DNA of 64,000 nucleotides from Ranitomeya imitator. Its lineage: Eukaryota. The stretch covers positions 32,860,001 to 32,924,000 of the forward strand of contig NC_091290.1 of the NCBI RefSeq assembly GCF_032444005.1. Reading direction: 5' to 3'. How positions within the stretch are numbered: position 1 is the stretch's first letter; each line of letters starts with the position of its first letter. The translations under genes were made by a program, and so were the position numbers. Under the pieces are notes generated by a model, which was not told the DNA's origin, ran no database searches, and was given only the letters and a program-made list of their open reading frames with translations. Below, one piece after another: positions 23,801-37,800 of the stretch.

Positions 23801-26800
23801 ATAAAGGAGTATCCCTGCCCAACTGGAGGTGTAGAGAGCCACCATAAGAAGGGCTGTCTAACCAGTGGAGGGAGGAGGACAAGGGGCATCCAGACAGAGA
23901 GAAGACTTGTTCCTTATTGAAAGGAGAACCAGCTAGTGTCCTGCATCTGAACAAAGGGGTTGTCTTCTAGAGAGGCTACGAAGTGGAGAGGGTGAGGTGA
24001 AAGGCTCCTCTGGATCAGAACAACTGTCTGGACTGTCCTTTCCTAATGCTTGTGAAGGAATATTTTCAGCATGGCGGTATGTAATATCCCTAGTAAGATA
24101 AGATGCTGAGATAGGATCAGGGAGTTTGTGTCTGTTATTTTATCCAACCAAAACAAGATGGTATCTTTGGGGGACCCGTAACCACTTCAGGTTCTCAGCC
24201 AGAGAGGAAGCCTTTGAGTATGTTGTCCGGGTAGGGGATGAGCACAATTCCCTTGGCATACAGATGGCCCAGGATTGCAGCTACGACCTTCATGAATAGA
24301 TTGGGCGCTGTGGCTAGCCAGAAGAGAAAAGTAACACATTGAAAATGGAAATTGTAGACCACAAACCAGAGAAGCCTCTGGTCAGGGGGTAAACATGGGG
24401 ATGCAGGAACACAGGTCATGGATATCCTCAGAGGAGAGGAACTTGCTGTGTTCCATAGATCTTGAAGCGCTAAGTAGCACCCGTTTGAGAAAGTTCAGAT
24501 GCAAGATGGCTCTGCTGGACCAATCTTTCATGCGAATCAAAGTGGTTTCAATAAAACCTTGTAAATCTTTCCTGAGAATGGATGAACACTGTGCCTCCCA
24601 ATTGAAGAAGTGGGAAGATAGCCTGAAAGAAATTGGAATCCAGTGGGTAGGATGGGCTGTGACAAAACTATCGCAGAGGTAGGTGGAGAACGGTCTTGTA
24701 TCCTAATGAGATGACCATCCTATTCCAGGTATGTTTTACCAAAAAACCAAGGAGAGAGTTTCGACCCAATTTTCTCTTGTTTCAAGTAGACATATGAACA
24801 TGTAACCAAAACAAACTACTTGAAAATCTAGCCAATAACACAAAGAAAATATGATAAAACATAATATTTTATTAAATATAAAGACACTGACAAACAATAG
24901 CGGGGTTGAGGCACATCATGAGCACTGGTAAGGTCAGCCACATTTATAATGCACCTTATTTTTCTTGTACTTTATAGATACTAATATATGGAGAAGTTAT
25001 AGGTCACTACTATTGCTATTAGCATCATGCACAGTGCACTTTACTATACATCTTTCTCTATTTGATAGTGGTTCTTTGCCGTGTCTCATACATACCTGTT
25101 GAGCAAAAAAAGAAAGGACATAATATTACTATACTTTATATACACGGTTATCAGTGGTCCTTATATAGAAACTTTTATATCTTTATTTGTGTATTTTTGT
25201 GCCTCCTCCGACTGTCTGTGTTATTGTTTGTGTCTTTATATTTAATAAAATATTATGTTTTATCATATTTTCTTTGTGTTATTGGCTAGATTTTCAAGTA
25301 GTTTGTTTTGGTTACCTATTCCAGGTATGTGTCTGTGAAGAGCCAAACGTCCCAGAAAATATCACTCGCTTGAAAGGAGATTCCAGGTGGGGGGTGCCAG
25401 CAAGAAGGGGAGAAAAACTAATGTTTCAAGCCAAAGAACTTCTGTCTTCTCCTGATTTAGACATGGCTTACTAAGTCCAGAGAACTTGGGCTCCCCCTTG
25501 GAGAGCTGAGTGTTCAGTGAGCAGGCTGTTTATGTTGGCTGTCCTGCAAAGATACCAGGGGAGATGAAAGTGTGCTGTGTTCTTTTTGTGCCATAGAGCG
25601 AACATGTGCTGTATTCCTCTACAGTGAGAACCTGGGCTCTTTTCCCCTGCAGTGCAAAGAGATGTTGGTGCCTGGAGGATGGGGCGGGCAACATGAGGAG
25701 AGCTAACGGTGGAGAAAACAGAACAAAGACCCACTCTTACATGATAGACCTATCGAAGTCTGTGGGACCAGAAAAGAGCACAATAGAATTCATGGGCTAA
25801 ATTAGAGAAGATACCAGTAGCGCACCCACAAGAGTGTAACGGAAGAGAAAGGAGCCTGCTCTGCGTTGGTGGACTGAGAAGTGTAGACTGAGCAGGGCAC
25901 AGAGAAGAAAGCAGAAGAACAGGGAGACATACCTGTCTTGAAGCTCTGAATGCTGACTGCATCTTCATTTTTACTCACAGCTACGTGCCATGTTCTGGGA
26001 GGCGGGCGAACAGCAACAGACAAGGACCGACCGTCTTGGGAGATGTGAAGCCGGCAATGCAGTTGATATGGTCTTAAGCAGAACAGGGGAAACTATTTCA
26101 GCATTGTTCCCTCTATCTAAAGTGGGGTAACCATATCCTGTCTTATTGTTTTCCAGCCTTAAAGGATGGCGAGAAAAAAAACACACTAGGGAGACCCTGA
26201 TCAGTTGACAAAGACCTGGCAGAATTAATATTTCTGCTACGCCTCATTGGGGGACACAGGACCATGGGTTTTATGCTGCTTGCCACTAGGAGGACACTAA
26301 CTAAACACATAAAAAATTAACTCCTCCTTTGCAGTATACACCTTTTGACTGGCCAGTAATGACCCAGTTCTGGCTTAGTGTCTGTAGGAGGCACTTGGGT
26401 CTGTTTACAGACCCCACCGTTTTTATTTTCTGTAAATTTTTATTTTTTAATGGAGTGAAGGGGGCAACGGATTCCTTTCTAGGGTCCGCTCTCCCCCGAA
26501 CCATCAACAGGCAAGCACGGCGAGTATACCTCCCCGTACCTCTCCTGCGACGAATGGGGCACGCCTAATCTAGGCCAGGGCGACTGTTCCTATACTGTCC
26601 CGATCTTCCCCCTGTAAGATGGCGAGCACATAGAGTATAGCTCTAATGTGCATCTCCCGGGCTCCTCCGCAATCAAGCCCTCACCTCGGCGTCATGAAGT
26701 CCCCTGCGGCAGGCACATCCGTAAGTCCCCTGCGGCAGGCACATCCGTAAGTCCCCTGCGGCAGGCACATCCGTAAGTCCCCTGCGGCAGGCACATCCGT

Positions 26801-29800
26801 AAGTCCCCTGCGGCAGGCACATCCGTAAGTCCCCTGCGGCAGGCACATCCGTAAGTCCCCTGCGGCAGGCACATCCGTAAGTCCCCTGCGGCAGGCACAT
26901 CCGTAAGTCCCCTGCGGCAGGCACATCCGTAAGTCCCCTGCGGCAGGCACATCCGTAAGTCCCCTGCGGCAGGCACATCCGTAAGTCCCCTGCGGCAGGC
27001 ACATCTCAAGACGCACAGACGCTCTCCATCCCCCGGCATAGGGAGGATCGATTGAGCTGGAGGCTGCATCTCTACTCTGTGACTAGTACCTTCCTCACGC
27101 TGCCTGCGTGGGAAGGTGCGGTACTAGTCCCTGGGGAGAGGTGCCGCTGGCTAGACGCCAGCGGCGATCATTAGGCGCTACATCGCGGCCGCTGGCGTGT
27201 TCCGCTGGCAAGCGCCATAAATTTAGTCCCTGACTTCTTCAGCCGGACTAGGCCGCAGTTGAAATTTCTGCCCACCGCCGGAGTCCCGCCCACTACTCTG
27301 GCGCTTGGGAAATCAGCCGAAAACGCTAGTTTTCCTCTCTTCTTCCCTGGGGACACCAGTACAGGACTGTGGGTAAGCTGCTCCACTCTATAGCGAAAAG
27401 CTTAACCCCTTCTCTGCACCCATAGCCCTGCTATCGCAGTTTATTGGAGAATAGATATACACTGTCTCAATCTAAGGAGGCAAAAAGGGGCACTAAAAAG
27501 CACACTGGTTTTTTTTTTTTTTTTTTTTTTTTACTTCATGTGCCATTTGCAATTCTGCTTTGTCACATGCCCACAATACTCCTTTGTGCCAGAACTGTGA
27601 CCCGGCCTGTGCGCAGCCGCCTTCTGCCTCCACCTCCAATGTTTCCACCGACCCCCGTCGAGCCTAACCCTCCTGAGTGGGCCGCTTCCTTGTCACGTTC
27701 TATGGATTCTTTGGCCAAGGCATTGGACTCTTTCCGGGGATCCTCTCTAAGCCAGAACTCGCCTCTGTTGACCGCGACGGAATCTGGCGCCGGTACGGGG
27801 CCGTCCGACCACAGGGGGTGTACTGTACTACGGGAATCTCGGGGTTCCAGGAAAAGAACCCATTCCTCGTCCCCCGTACACACTCGAGCTTAAGCATCTG
27901 CAAGCTTAACTTCTCGCTCCCCTTTTCCCGAGGGTCGCAGCGTACATGACTCGGAATACGAGTCAGGGGAATCTTTAACCCAAGACTCTTCGATCTGTCA
28001 GGAGACACGTGACTCCCTTATTGAGGCAGTCAACAAAACACTAATAGTGGACGAGGAATCTGTATCCACTCAGGAACACGTTGTGTCTTTTAAAAAGACT
28101 AAACGTGTCCAAAAGATATTTTCTAATCACCCTGAGTTTCAGGACATTGTCCAAAAACACAGGGAACACCCGGATAAGCGATTTACGGCTCAAAAGACCA
28201 CGGAAGCTAAATATTCTTTCTCGAAGGACCTAATGAAGGAGTTGCTTCTCTCTCCTACTGTGGATCCTGCCGTATCGCGACTCGCATCCAAAACAATCCT
28301 ATCTCTGTCCGACGGTTCATCGGTCAAAAACCCTTCTGACCGAAAAAATGACTACCTGGCTCGCTCAGTCTTTGAGGCCTCAGGAGCAGCACTCCTTCCA
28401 TCTTTTGCTGCTACCTGGGTGGTTAAGGCAATGGTTGCCTGGGCAGAGGTGTTAACCTCTACCGTCCACAGCAGTAATCTTCCCCCAGAGGCGGCCAGAC
28501 TCGCTAACCAGATAGCTTAGGCCGGAGACTTCGTAGTTAATGCTTCCATAGATGCGGCTAATTGCGCAGCGCAAGCGGCTGCAAGCGTAATCTCCATCAG
28601 GAGGGCCTTGTGGCTCTGCGATTGGTGAGCAGATTCTGCTTCTAAAAAGTCGCTGACTTCTTTACCTTACCATGCTGGCTGTTTATTTGGGGAGAAACTA
28701 GACCAAATCATTTCTGACGCTACCGGAGGGAAGAGTAAATTTCTTCCGCAGCAAAAACCTACCCGGCCCTTTCGGAATCAACAACTGTTTAGATTCCGGT
28801 CATTTCGTAACAACTCCAGTTGGTCATCCACTTCCCCTGGTTCGGGACGGCGGGGAGACAGAAATCCCCAGGTCTCATGCAGATCTAACCGTTCCTGGAA
28901 ACCCAGACCGAGACCTTCTGGCCCTAAGGCATAAGCATCCATTAAACCTTCTACACAATGATTCATCGACGTGTCCGACGGACGACGACAAAGTAGGCGG
29001 ACGTCTTCTTTCGTTCCGTCAAAATTGGCTCTCGGTCGTCCACGACGAGTGGGTCAGAGAGCTCGTGTCCTCTGGATACAAAATCGAGTTTTCTTCCATT
29101 GCCCCCCACGCTTCTTCCAGTCCTCTCCCCCCAAATCAAGAGCGTCACATCTTTTTCAGGCCATACTGGCGCTTCGAAGGGACGGTGTCATCGTTCCGGT
29201 CCCTCGAAACCAAAGGTTCGGGGGTTTTACTCAAACCTATTTGTGGTCCCAAAGAAGGACGGGACTCTACGGCTCATACTGGACCTCAAGGTGCTAAACA
29301 AGTTTGTACGGGTTCGACACTTCAGGATGGACTCGCTCCGTTCCATTGTCGCGTCCCTGGAAAAAGGGAGAGTTCCTTGCATCCATAGACATCAAGGATG
29401 CTTATCTCCACATCCTGATTTTTCCCTCTCATCAGCTGTTCCTGCGCTTCGCAGTCCAGGACAAACACTTGCAGTTTGTGGCCTTGACCTTCGGACTCGC
29501 CACTGCCCCCAGAGTCTTCACGAAGGTCATGGCAGCTGTCATGGCCATTCTTCACACTCGGGGAGTGGTAGTTCTTCCGTATCTGGATGACCTGTTGATC
29601 AAGGGTCCGTCCCATTCTGCCTGCGAGGAGTCTGTAAGTATCATCGTGGATTCTCTTTCTCGCCTGGGTTGGAAAATCAACTTCGAGAAATCATCTCCAG
29701 TGTCGGCTCAGCAAATCTGCTTCCTGGGTATGATTTTGGACTCTTCCCGCGGGTTAGTCATTCTCCCTCCAGAGAAGGTCTTGTCCTTACAACAGGGAGC

Positions 29801-31834
29801 GCACAAGCTCCCCCGCCCAGTCCCTCATTCCATTTGCTTCACGATGCGCATCCTCTGGAAAATGGTTGCGGCAATGGAAGCCGTTCCGTTTGCGTAGTTC
29901 GATCTCCGTCCCCTGCAACAAGCGCTGCTGTTAGCCTGGGACAGGAGTCCGTTTTCCCTCGACCGTCGTTTTCACCTATCCCCAGAGGTCGGGAAAACCC
30001 TCGTGCTGGACGCTACAGTCCTCCCTGAACCAAGGGAAGTCCTTTCTCCTGGTGTGCTGGTTAGTGGTGACTACCGATGCCAGCCTTTTGGGCTGGGGCG
30101 CAATTTTCAATCACCACACGGCACCGGGTCGTTGGTCCACGCGAGAGTCGCATATCCCAATCAATATCTTGGAGATTCGAGCGATCACACTTGCCTTAAG
30201 CAATTTTCACCACCTTCTCGCAGGCCATCCCATCAGAATCCAATCCGACAACGCCACGGCCGTGGTGTATATCAACCGGCAAGGGGGAACCCGCAGCAGG
30301 GCGGCCATGCGTGAAGTCACCCACATTCTACGCTGGGCCGAGACCAATCATTCGCTCATCTCGGCGATCCACATACCGGGTGTGGAGAATTGAGAAGCGG
30401 ACTTCCTCAGTCGCCAAGGTCTTGCCTTGGGCGAGTGGTCCATCCATCCGGAAGTCTTCTAGCAGATTTGTCTTCACTGGGGGACGCCGGATGTGGATCT
30501 CATGGCCTCAAAGCTAAACAACCAGGTTCCCCAGTTCATTACTCAATCCCGCGATCCTTGCGCCATCGGAGCAGATGCTCTGGTTCTGTCGTGGCATCGG
30601 TTCCAGCTGCCGTACACACTGTATTTTTTGCTGCATGTACCTCTTGTAAGGTCTCATTACTCCGGGGTCACAATACTGCATTGTGCACAGCTTGTGAACC
30701 GGTGACTGTTCAGGAACCACCTGTTACTGATACCGAACCTAGTGGGCCTAGTCCCCCTGAGTGGGCTACCTCCCTTACCTGGTCTATGGCATGCCTGGCA
30801 AAAGCGTTAGAATCATTCCAAGACCCCTCCTCTAACCAGGGCACTCTTACGGACGACGCTTCCGATCCTCAAAACCCCTCGTACACAGGGGTCATACCTT
30901 GCCAAGGGGCTCTCGCCCTTCCAGAAAAAGGACTCATGCCATATCCCCAGTCCATCACCGGGATTCGGGTTCTGAGAGCTCCATTTCTTTCTCCCCTTCC
31001 ATTGGGGCTAGCAGAGCACCTGTTTCAGAGGACGATTCTGACACGTCCCTAGATCAGGAATTTCATCACGATCAGGAGACTCTCGACACCAAGTCAGTGA
31101 ATAAGGCATTGAAACTTGAGGAGGAACCTTTATCTAAAACGGATCATGCCGTGTCCTTTTAAGAGGACTAAGCGAGCTCACAAGGTATTCGCTACTCATC
31201 CTTAATTTAAGGAAATCGTTGAAGCTCACTGGATCCGTCCCGATAAACGATTCACAGGGCAGAAGCCCATGGAATCAAAATATCCCTTTGCCCAGGATCT
31301 AAGAAAAGATTGGTCTCAATCTCCCCTGGTAGATCCTGCGGTATCATGCCTGCCTACTAAATCTATTTTATCCTCTTCGGAGGGCGCCTCTATTAAAAAC
31401 CCAACCGATCGTCAGATCGACAATATGGCGCGTTCAGCCTTTTAAGCCTCAGCGGCCGCACTCTTCCCTTCTTTTTCTGCTACGTGGGTGGCTAAGGCTA
31501 TGACCCACAGGGCTGAGGTCTTGTCTGCAGCGGTGCTGGATACCGATCTTTCCTCCCTCCCCCTCAAACCCCCCCCCCCCCCCCCCCCGAGATAGCCAGA
31601 CCTGGAGATTTTGTAGTTACCACGACCCTGGACGCTGCTAACTGTGCTTCGCAAGCAGCAGCAAATGCCATTCGGCTTCCAAAAAGTAATTGACTTCTCT
31701 TCCATATCAGAGCGGTCGCCTTTTTGGCAAAAAGCTCAACCAATTCATTTCCGACGCCACTGGAGGGAAGAGTAAATTTCCACAACAGAGACCCTTTCGG
31801 CCCTTTTGGAACCAGCAGCAGCAGGCTCGGTCCC

Positions 31835-31877
<43 letters not shown>

Positions 31878-34800
31878 TTTTTTCTTCTCCCCGCTTCAAC
31901 TCAAATTGGTCCTCTACTTCCACATCTTCCGGACCTGCCCGGGCACAACTTAGGGATAGAGGTTCTCAGACCTTTTACAAACCTTCCCCTTCTTGGAGAG
32001 GCAGGGCTAGGCAGTCAGGGTCCAGACTGGGCAGGTCTCCCACACAATGACTCCCTGCGGTATCCGGAGGACACCCTCAAAGTAGGCGGCTGCCTGATTT
32101 CCTTCAGCGACGCATGGCTCTCGGTCGTTCACGACGAATGGGTCCGCGACCTAGTGTCCTCCGGATACAAGATGGCATTCTCCTCTCTTCCACCAAATCG
32201 CTTCTTCCTGTCTTCTTCTCCCAGGGCAAAGGCATCAGTTCTTCCAGGCCATAAGCTCTCTAAAAGAAGACGGGGTTATTATCCCAGTCCCTCAAAGCAA
32301 AAGGTTTCAAGGTTTTTATTCAAACCTGTTCATTGTTCCAAAGAAGGACGGTACAGTACGGCCCATACTGGACCTAAAACTGCTGAACAAGTTTGTCAGG
32401 GTGTGACTGTTCCGGATGGAATCGCTTCGTTCTGTCATCGCCTCCATGGAAAAAGGCGAGTTCCTGACGTCTATAGACATCCAGGACGCTTACCTCCACA
32501 TTCCTATTTTACCTTCTCACCAAAGGTTGCTTCGCAGTTCAGGAAGATCACTTTCAATTTGCTGCTCTGCCCTTCGGCCTCGCCACCGCTGCCAGGGTAT
32601 TCACCAAGGTCATGGCGGCCGCCGTGGCCATCCTTCATACACGGGGTGTGGTGTTACCGTATGTAGACGACATCCTCATCAGAGGCCCCTCTTTCCTGCA
32701 AGGAGGCCGTGAACATCACAATAGATACTCTTTCTCGCCTGGGTTGGAAGATAAACTTCAAAAAGTCTTCCCCAGTACTGGCTCAGTGAATTTCCTTTCT
32801 AGGAATGATACTGGACTCATCCCAGGGGTTAGTACTTCTTCCCCTGGAAAAGATCTCAGTCTTACAGCGGGAAGCTCTCCCAACCTCATTCTCACTCGCT
32901 ACGTTTCAGTATGAGAGTCCTCGGCAGGATGGTCGCAGCTATGGAGGCGGTTCCATTCGCTCAACTACACCTCCGCTTCTTACAACATGCTCTCCTGGCT
33001 GTGTGGGACAGTAACCCGTTATCTCTCGATCGTCGTTTTTTTCCTTCCCCAGCGAGTCAGTCTCTCAGGTGGTGGACTTTGAAGTCCTCCCTGAATCAAG
33101 GGAAGTCTTTTCTCCCAGTACATTGGCTAGTTGTGACAACAGATGCCAGTCTTCTGGGCTGGGGAGCAGTGTTCCACCATCACACTGCTCAGGGCTGCTG
33201 GTCTCTTCAGGAAACTCGCCTGCCCATCAACATCCTGGAAATACGGGCAATCAGGTTGGCTCTTCTTCAATTCCACCCCTTCCTGACGGGTCGTCCCATC
33301 AGGATTCAGTCCGACAATGCCACGGCAGTGGCATACATCAACTGGCAGGGGGGAACACGCAGCAAGGCAGCCATGACCGAGGTAGGCTACATTCTTCGTT
33401 GGGCTGAGGGAAAACCGCTCAATGATATTAGCTGTTCAGATCCCGGGAGTGGAAAATTGGGAGGCAGATTTCCTCAGCCGTCAAGGTCTCGACTCCGGAG
33501 AGTGGTCTCTCCATCCGGAGATCTTCCACCAGATCTGCTGTCATTTGGGAACCCCGGATGTGGATCTGATGGCCTCACGGCTAAATTCCAAGGTTCTCAA
33601 CTTCATAGCTCGGTCCCACGATCCGGCAGCCATCGGGGCAGATGCACTCGTTCACTCGTGGCATCAGTTCCAGCTTCCGTACATATTTCCCACGCTTCCC
33701 TTGCTGCCGAGAGTCATCAAAGAGAGCGGAGGGGATACCAGTAATCCTGATTGCGCCAGATTGGCCGTGCAGGGCCTCGTACGCCGAACTAGTTCAACTA
33801 GTCGCCGATGTCCCCTGGCGATTACCGAATCGCACAGACCTGTTGTCCCAGGGCCCCATTTACCGCCAGAACTCCGAGGCCCTGTGTTTGACAGTGTGGC
33901 CGTTGAGTCCTGTGTGCTGACATAGGCAGGCTTCTCTCAGAAAGTCATTTCTACCATGATCAGTGCTAGAAAGCCTACGTCTATACGTATATATCATCGC
34001 ATTTGGAAGACCTTCTTCTCATGGTGCAAGGACCGAGGACGCTCTCCTCTTGAATTTTCCATTCCTTCAGTCGGGTTTGGACTTGGGTCTCGCCCTTAGT
34101 TCTCTCAAAGGGCAGATTTCAGCCTTGTCAGTCCTGTTCCAACGTAAAATTGCCAACAGATTACAGGTGAAGACGTTTATTCAGGGAGTCTGCCATGTGG
34201 TGCCGCCCTATAAGATGCAGTTGGAACCATGGGACCTTAATTTGGTCCACGGAGTCTTGCAGGAGGCTCCTTTCGAACCTCTGCAGGACGTTTCCCTGTC
34301 TTTTCTGTCATAGAAAGTTGCCGTCATGGTTGAGGTCACATCCATCCGACGAGTTTCAGAACTGGTGGCTTTGTCTTGCCAAGTTCCTTTCCTCATTTTT
34401 CATCAAGATAAGGTGGCTCTGAGAACATCCCAGTCTTTTCTGCCGAAATTTGTCTCATCTTTCCACCTCACTGAGGAAATTGTCTTGCCTTCACTTTGCC
34501 CGGCACCAGTACATCGCACCGAGAAGGCTCTTCACACACTGGACTTGGTGAGGGCTCTTAGGAGATACGTCTCGAGGACGGCGTCTTTCTGTAGGTCAGA
34601 TGCTGTGTTTGTGCTCCCGGAAGGGCCAAGGAAAGGTCTAGCCGCTTCCAAAGCTACGATAGCCAAGTGGATTCGTTCCGCTATCCAGGAGTCCTACCGA
34701 GTCAGAGGTCACTCCGTCCCAGCAGGGATTAAGGCTCATTCTACTCGGTCAGTGGGTGCGTCTTTGGCCATCCGGCACCAAGCATAGGCAGCAAAAGTCT

Positions 34801-37800
34801 GCAGAGCTGCAACTTGGTAATGTTTCGTAAACGTATGCAGGCTGGACCATGTCCATTCTCAGGCCTCGGCAGATGCGTCCTGCGGCAGACTAATTTTGCA
34901 GATGGCAGTGCCGCATCTTTAATTTTTGGGTACAAGGAGCAATTGAAGTGGATTGTTACCCACCCAGGGACTGCTTTACGACGTCCCATGGTCCTGTGTC
35001 CCCCAGTGAGGCGTAGGAGAAATAGGGATTTTTGTGTACTCATCGTAAAATCCTTTTCTCCGAGCCAATCATTGGGGGGCACAGCACCCACCCTGTTAGC
35101 CTATTGGCTTTGGTTTTTCTGTGTTGACTTGGTTTTGACATGGTTCATTCTTGTTAAATGGTAAGCTCCTACTGCTTTGTTACCGAACTGGTTTACTTGG
35201 AGCCAGCAGGGAGGGTGTATACTGCAGGGGAGGAGCTATTCTTTCTGTATTACTTAATGTCTTCCTAGTGGCAGCAGCATAACACCCATGGTCCTGTGTC
35301 CCCCAATGATTGGCTCGGAGAAGAGGATTTTACGGTGAGTACACAAAAATCCTTATTTTCATATTCCGTCCCAAATGTTTTTAAGTTATGGCTCCTGGAA
35401 TCTGACAGTAGAAAATGGTATGTCATAAAGGCCAAAGCTTGCAACAGGGGTATTTTTAGTGTGAACCCACCACCACAAGTGACCCCATTTTGGAAAATAG
35501 ACCCCTTAAGGAATGCATCTAGATGTGTGGTGAGCACCTTGAACCCCACCTCCACCCAAAAGGTGCGTCTCACAAGTTTCTAACATAGAGCCGTGAAAAG
35601 TTATAAAAAAAAAAAAAAAAAAAATCACATTTCTCAAATGGTTTTTAGCCCAATTTTTTTTTATTTGCACAAGGGTAATAGGAGAAAATGGACCCCAAAA
35701 TTTGTTGTACAATTTCCCGTGAGTATGCTGATACCCCTTATGTGGTTGAAAACTACTTTTGAGGCTCAGTGAAAATCTCGGGAAGAAACACCACATTGGA
35801 GTTAGCATTTTGCTGGACTGGTTTGAGTGGGCCATATCACATTGGCAGAGCCCGAGGTCAGAACAGTAGAACCTACCCATAAGAAACACCATTTTACAAA
35901 CTAACACCTCTCACTGAATTAATCTAGGGGTGCAGTGATCATATTGACACCACGGGTGGGTGACAACATTTTATACCATTGGGCAGCGAAGAAAAAAATA
36001 ATTATTTTTACCCCCAAAAAATTTGTTTTGGCCACAGATTTTACATTTTCACACTGGAAAATGGGTAAAAATGGCACCAAAATTTGTCCCGCAATTTCTG
36101 CTGAATATGGAAATACCCCAGTGGCTGTACAGTACTGCTTAGCCAGACACTCAAGAAGGACAGAGCACTATTGACCTGGAGTGCAGATTTTCCTAGAATA
36201 GTTTTCGGACTCCATATACAGAGCCACCAAGTGCAAAAAAAAGCAGAATTCTCCCTCTGTTAATTGACAAAATTTTGAAAATTATACCCCTTTTGGTCAT
36301 TTATCTAGTGGTGATTTTGACTGCATGGGTGTTTTCCAGAAACAAGCAGCAGTGGATGTTGCTGAGTGAAAAAACTGCAAACTGCCATTAGTGACCAGTA
36401 CAGTGTAGTGCCCAGTAACTTATAGTGCCCAGCTCATGCTTCTGGGGGCACGCACCTGTAAATTCATCACCAAACAAGTGGATGCTAACTGCGGTGTAGG
36501 CACACTGTGGGGTCAGGAGGGAATTAGCTGGAAGTTCAGAAGTAACTGGATTTCTTTGGGGGCTGTGGAGCCATAGCGCTTTACCAGATCCTTTGTGCTT
36601 CCTTTAACGTGGAAGCCTCTATATTTCCATTGACAGAGGATGGACCTGAATGAGGACTTGCTTCTATTGCGAACATTTTACATAACGTATGGGATCACAT
36701 TTATCCTGCGCTCTACGCTGAGCACTTTGGGATTTCCATCTAAATCTTCAAGTGACGTGATTCAGATGAAACCCCCCGAGGGATCCATTCACTATAATGT
36801 GGCAGCAGAGATACTCTGGACTCCGTCTGGCCTCTCTTCAGCGTTGTCCTTTTCAGAAGTGCACAAAACTGTCTGACCACACTTTCATGTATACCTAAAA
36901 AAAAAAAACGGATACTGCCGAATCGCATGTCAGACGGCTTCCACAGTGCCTTCATCTGCCTCATTATAGGGAATCTTCTGCTGAGGGTTCCGTCTGAATC
37001 ACATATTTTAGTGATTTACACGGAATCCCCCCCCAGTGTAAGAGCTCAGCGTAGAGTACAGAATAAATGTGAGCTGAGCCTCACTGCAAGATTTGGGATG
37101 CAGAATGAACAAAAATTTCAATTCAGGATTTTTTTTTTCCCCGATTCCGCATGTGGTAAAATTGATAAGGCCGCTTTATTCTTTGTGTCAGTGCTATCAC
37201 AGCAATACCTTATTTATATTGCGTTTGAGAGCTATGCTTTTTTAATATATAATTTTTCCTCTGAGTAGATGGTTTTTTTTTTTTTTTTTTCCCAGCAGTA
37301 CGATTTTCATTTACTTTCATCTTTTTCTTCAGCAGTATGATGGTAAAGCGTGGTCTGAGTGTGTTGGGTGGTTTTTGTTTGTTTGTTTGTTTGTTTGTTT
37401 TTTTTTTTTTTGTTTCTTTGTATATGGTGGTAAGGAGGGGTAACTAGTGGGACAATTTGACAGGTTGTATTGTTCCAGAAGCGGCAATACCAAATTATTA
37501 TTATTTTTTTTTTTTTTTTTGTATACTTTGTCCCACTATTTGACTTTCACTTTTTGCAGGCTGATGCGCTTACAAAGCCTAGGAATGCAGGAGCTTTCCT
37601 ATGCTGTACAAACTGTCAGCGCTGCACTGACAAACTTGTTAGATCATGCACTGGTCATGGTCTAGCTAGTTTGCTGGCTCTGGTGCCCCGGATGTCGTTA
37701 TGACTACATCGGGTCACCATAGCACAAAGGGGGCTTCCTCCCTCTGCCTGCTCTCTAAATGCTGTGATCTATTTCGATCGCAGAATTTAGGGGGTTAAAG

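Larger units (their letters stand above)
22150..24780 (-). mobile_element. Old degenerate DIRS1 retrotransposon (element A)
   Basis: Minus-strand relics of RT ([19 protein letters not shown], 24195-24419), RNase H ([25 protein letters not shown], 23500-23850) and YR (YHLTWKAFF, ~22590); many stops; limits approximate. Confidence 0.75.
26231..35359 (+). mobile_element. DIRS1 tyrosine-recombinase retrotransposon, 9.1 kb chimera (B1+B2)
   Basis: Left ITR from 26231, ICR 34985-35084, right ITR/extension to 35359. Order is gag-RT(YLDD)-RH-partial MT, then a second gag-RT-RH-MT-YR from ~30615. Frameshifts and stops present. Confidence 0.92.

Noticed and set aside
25320-26230. Possible gag/5' end of DIRS A
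   Set aside because: Position fits but no recognisable gag motif or ITR, so it was excluded from the element's limits
26673-27069. Repetitive ORFs and CRISPR-like look of the 26 bp array
   Set aside because: Units are contiguous with no unique spacers, there are no cas genes, the context is eukaryotic, and the ORFs simply follow the repeat period
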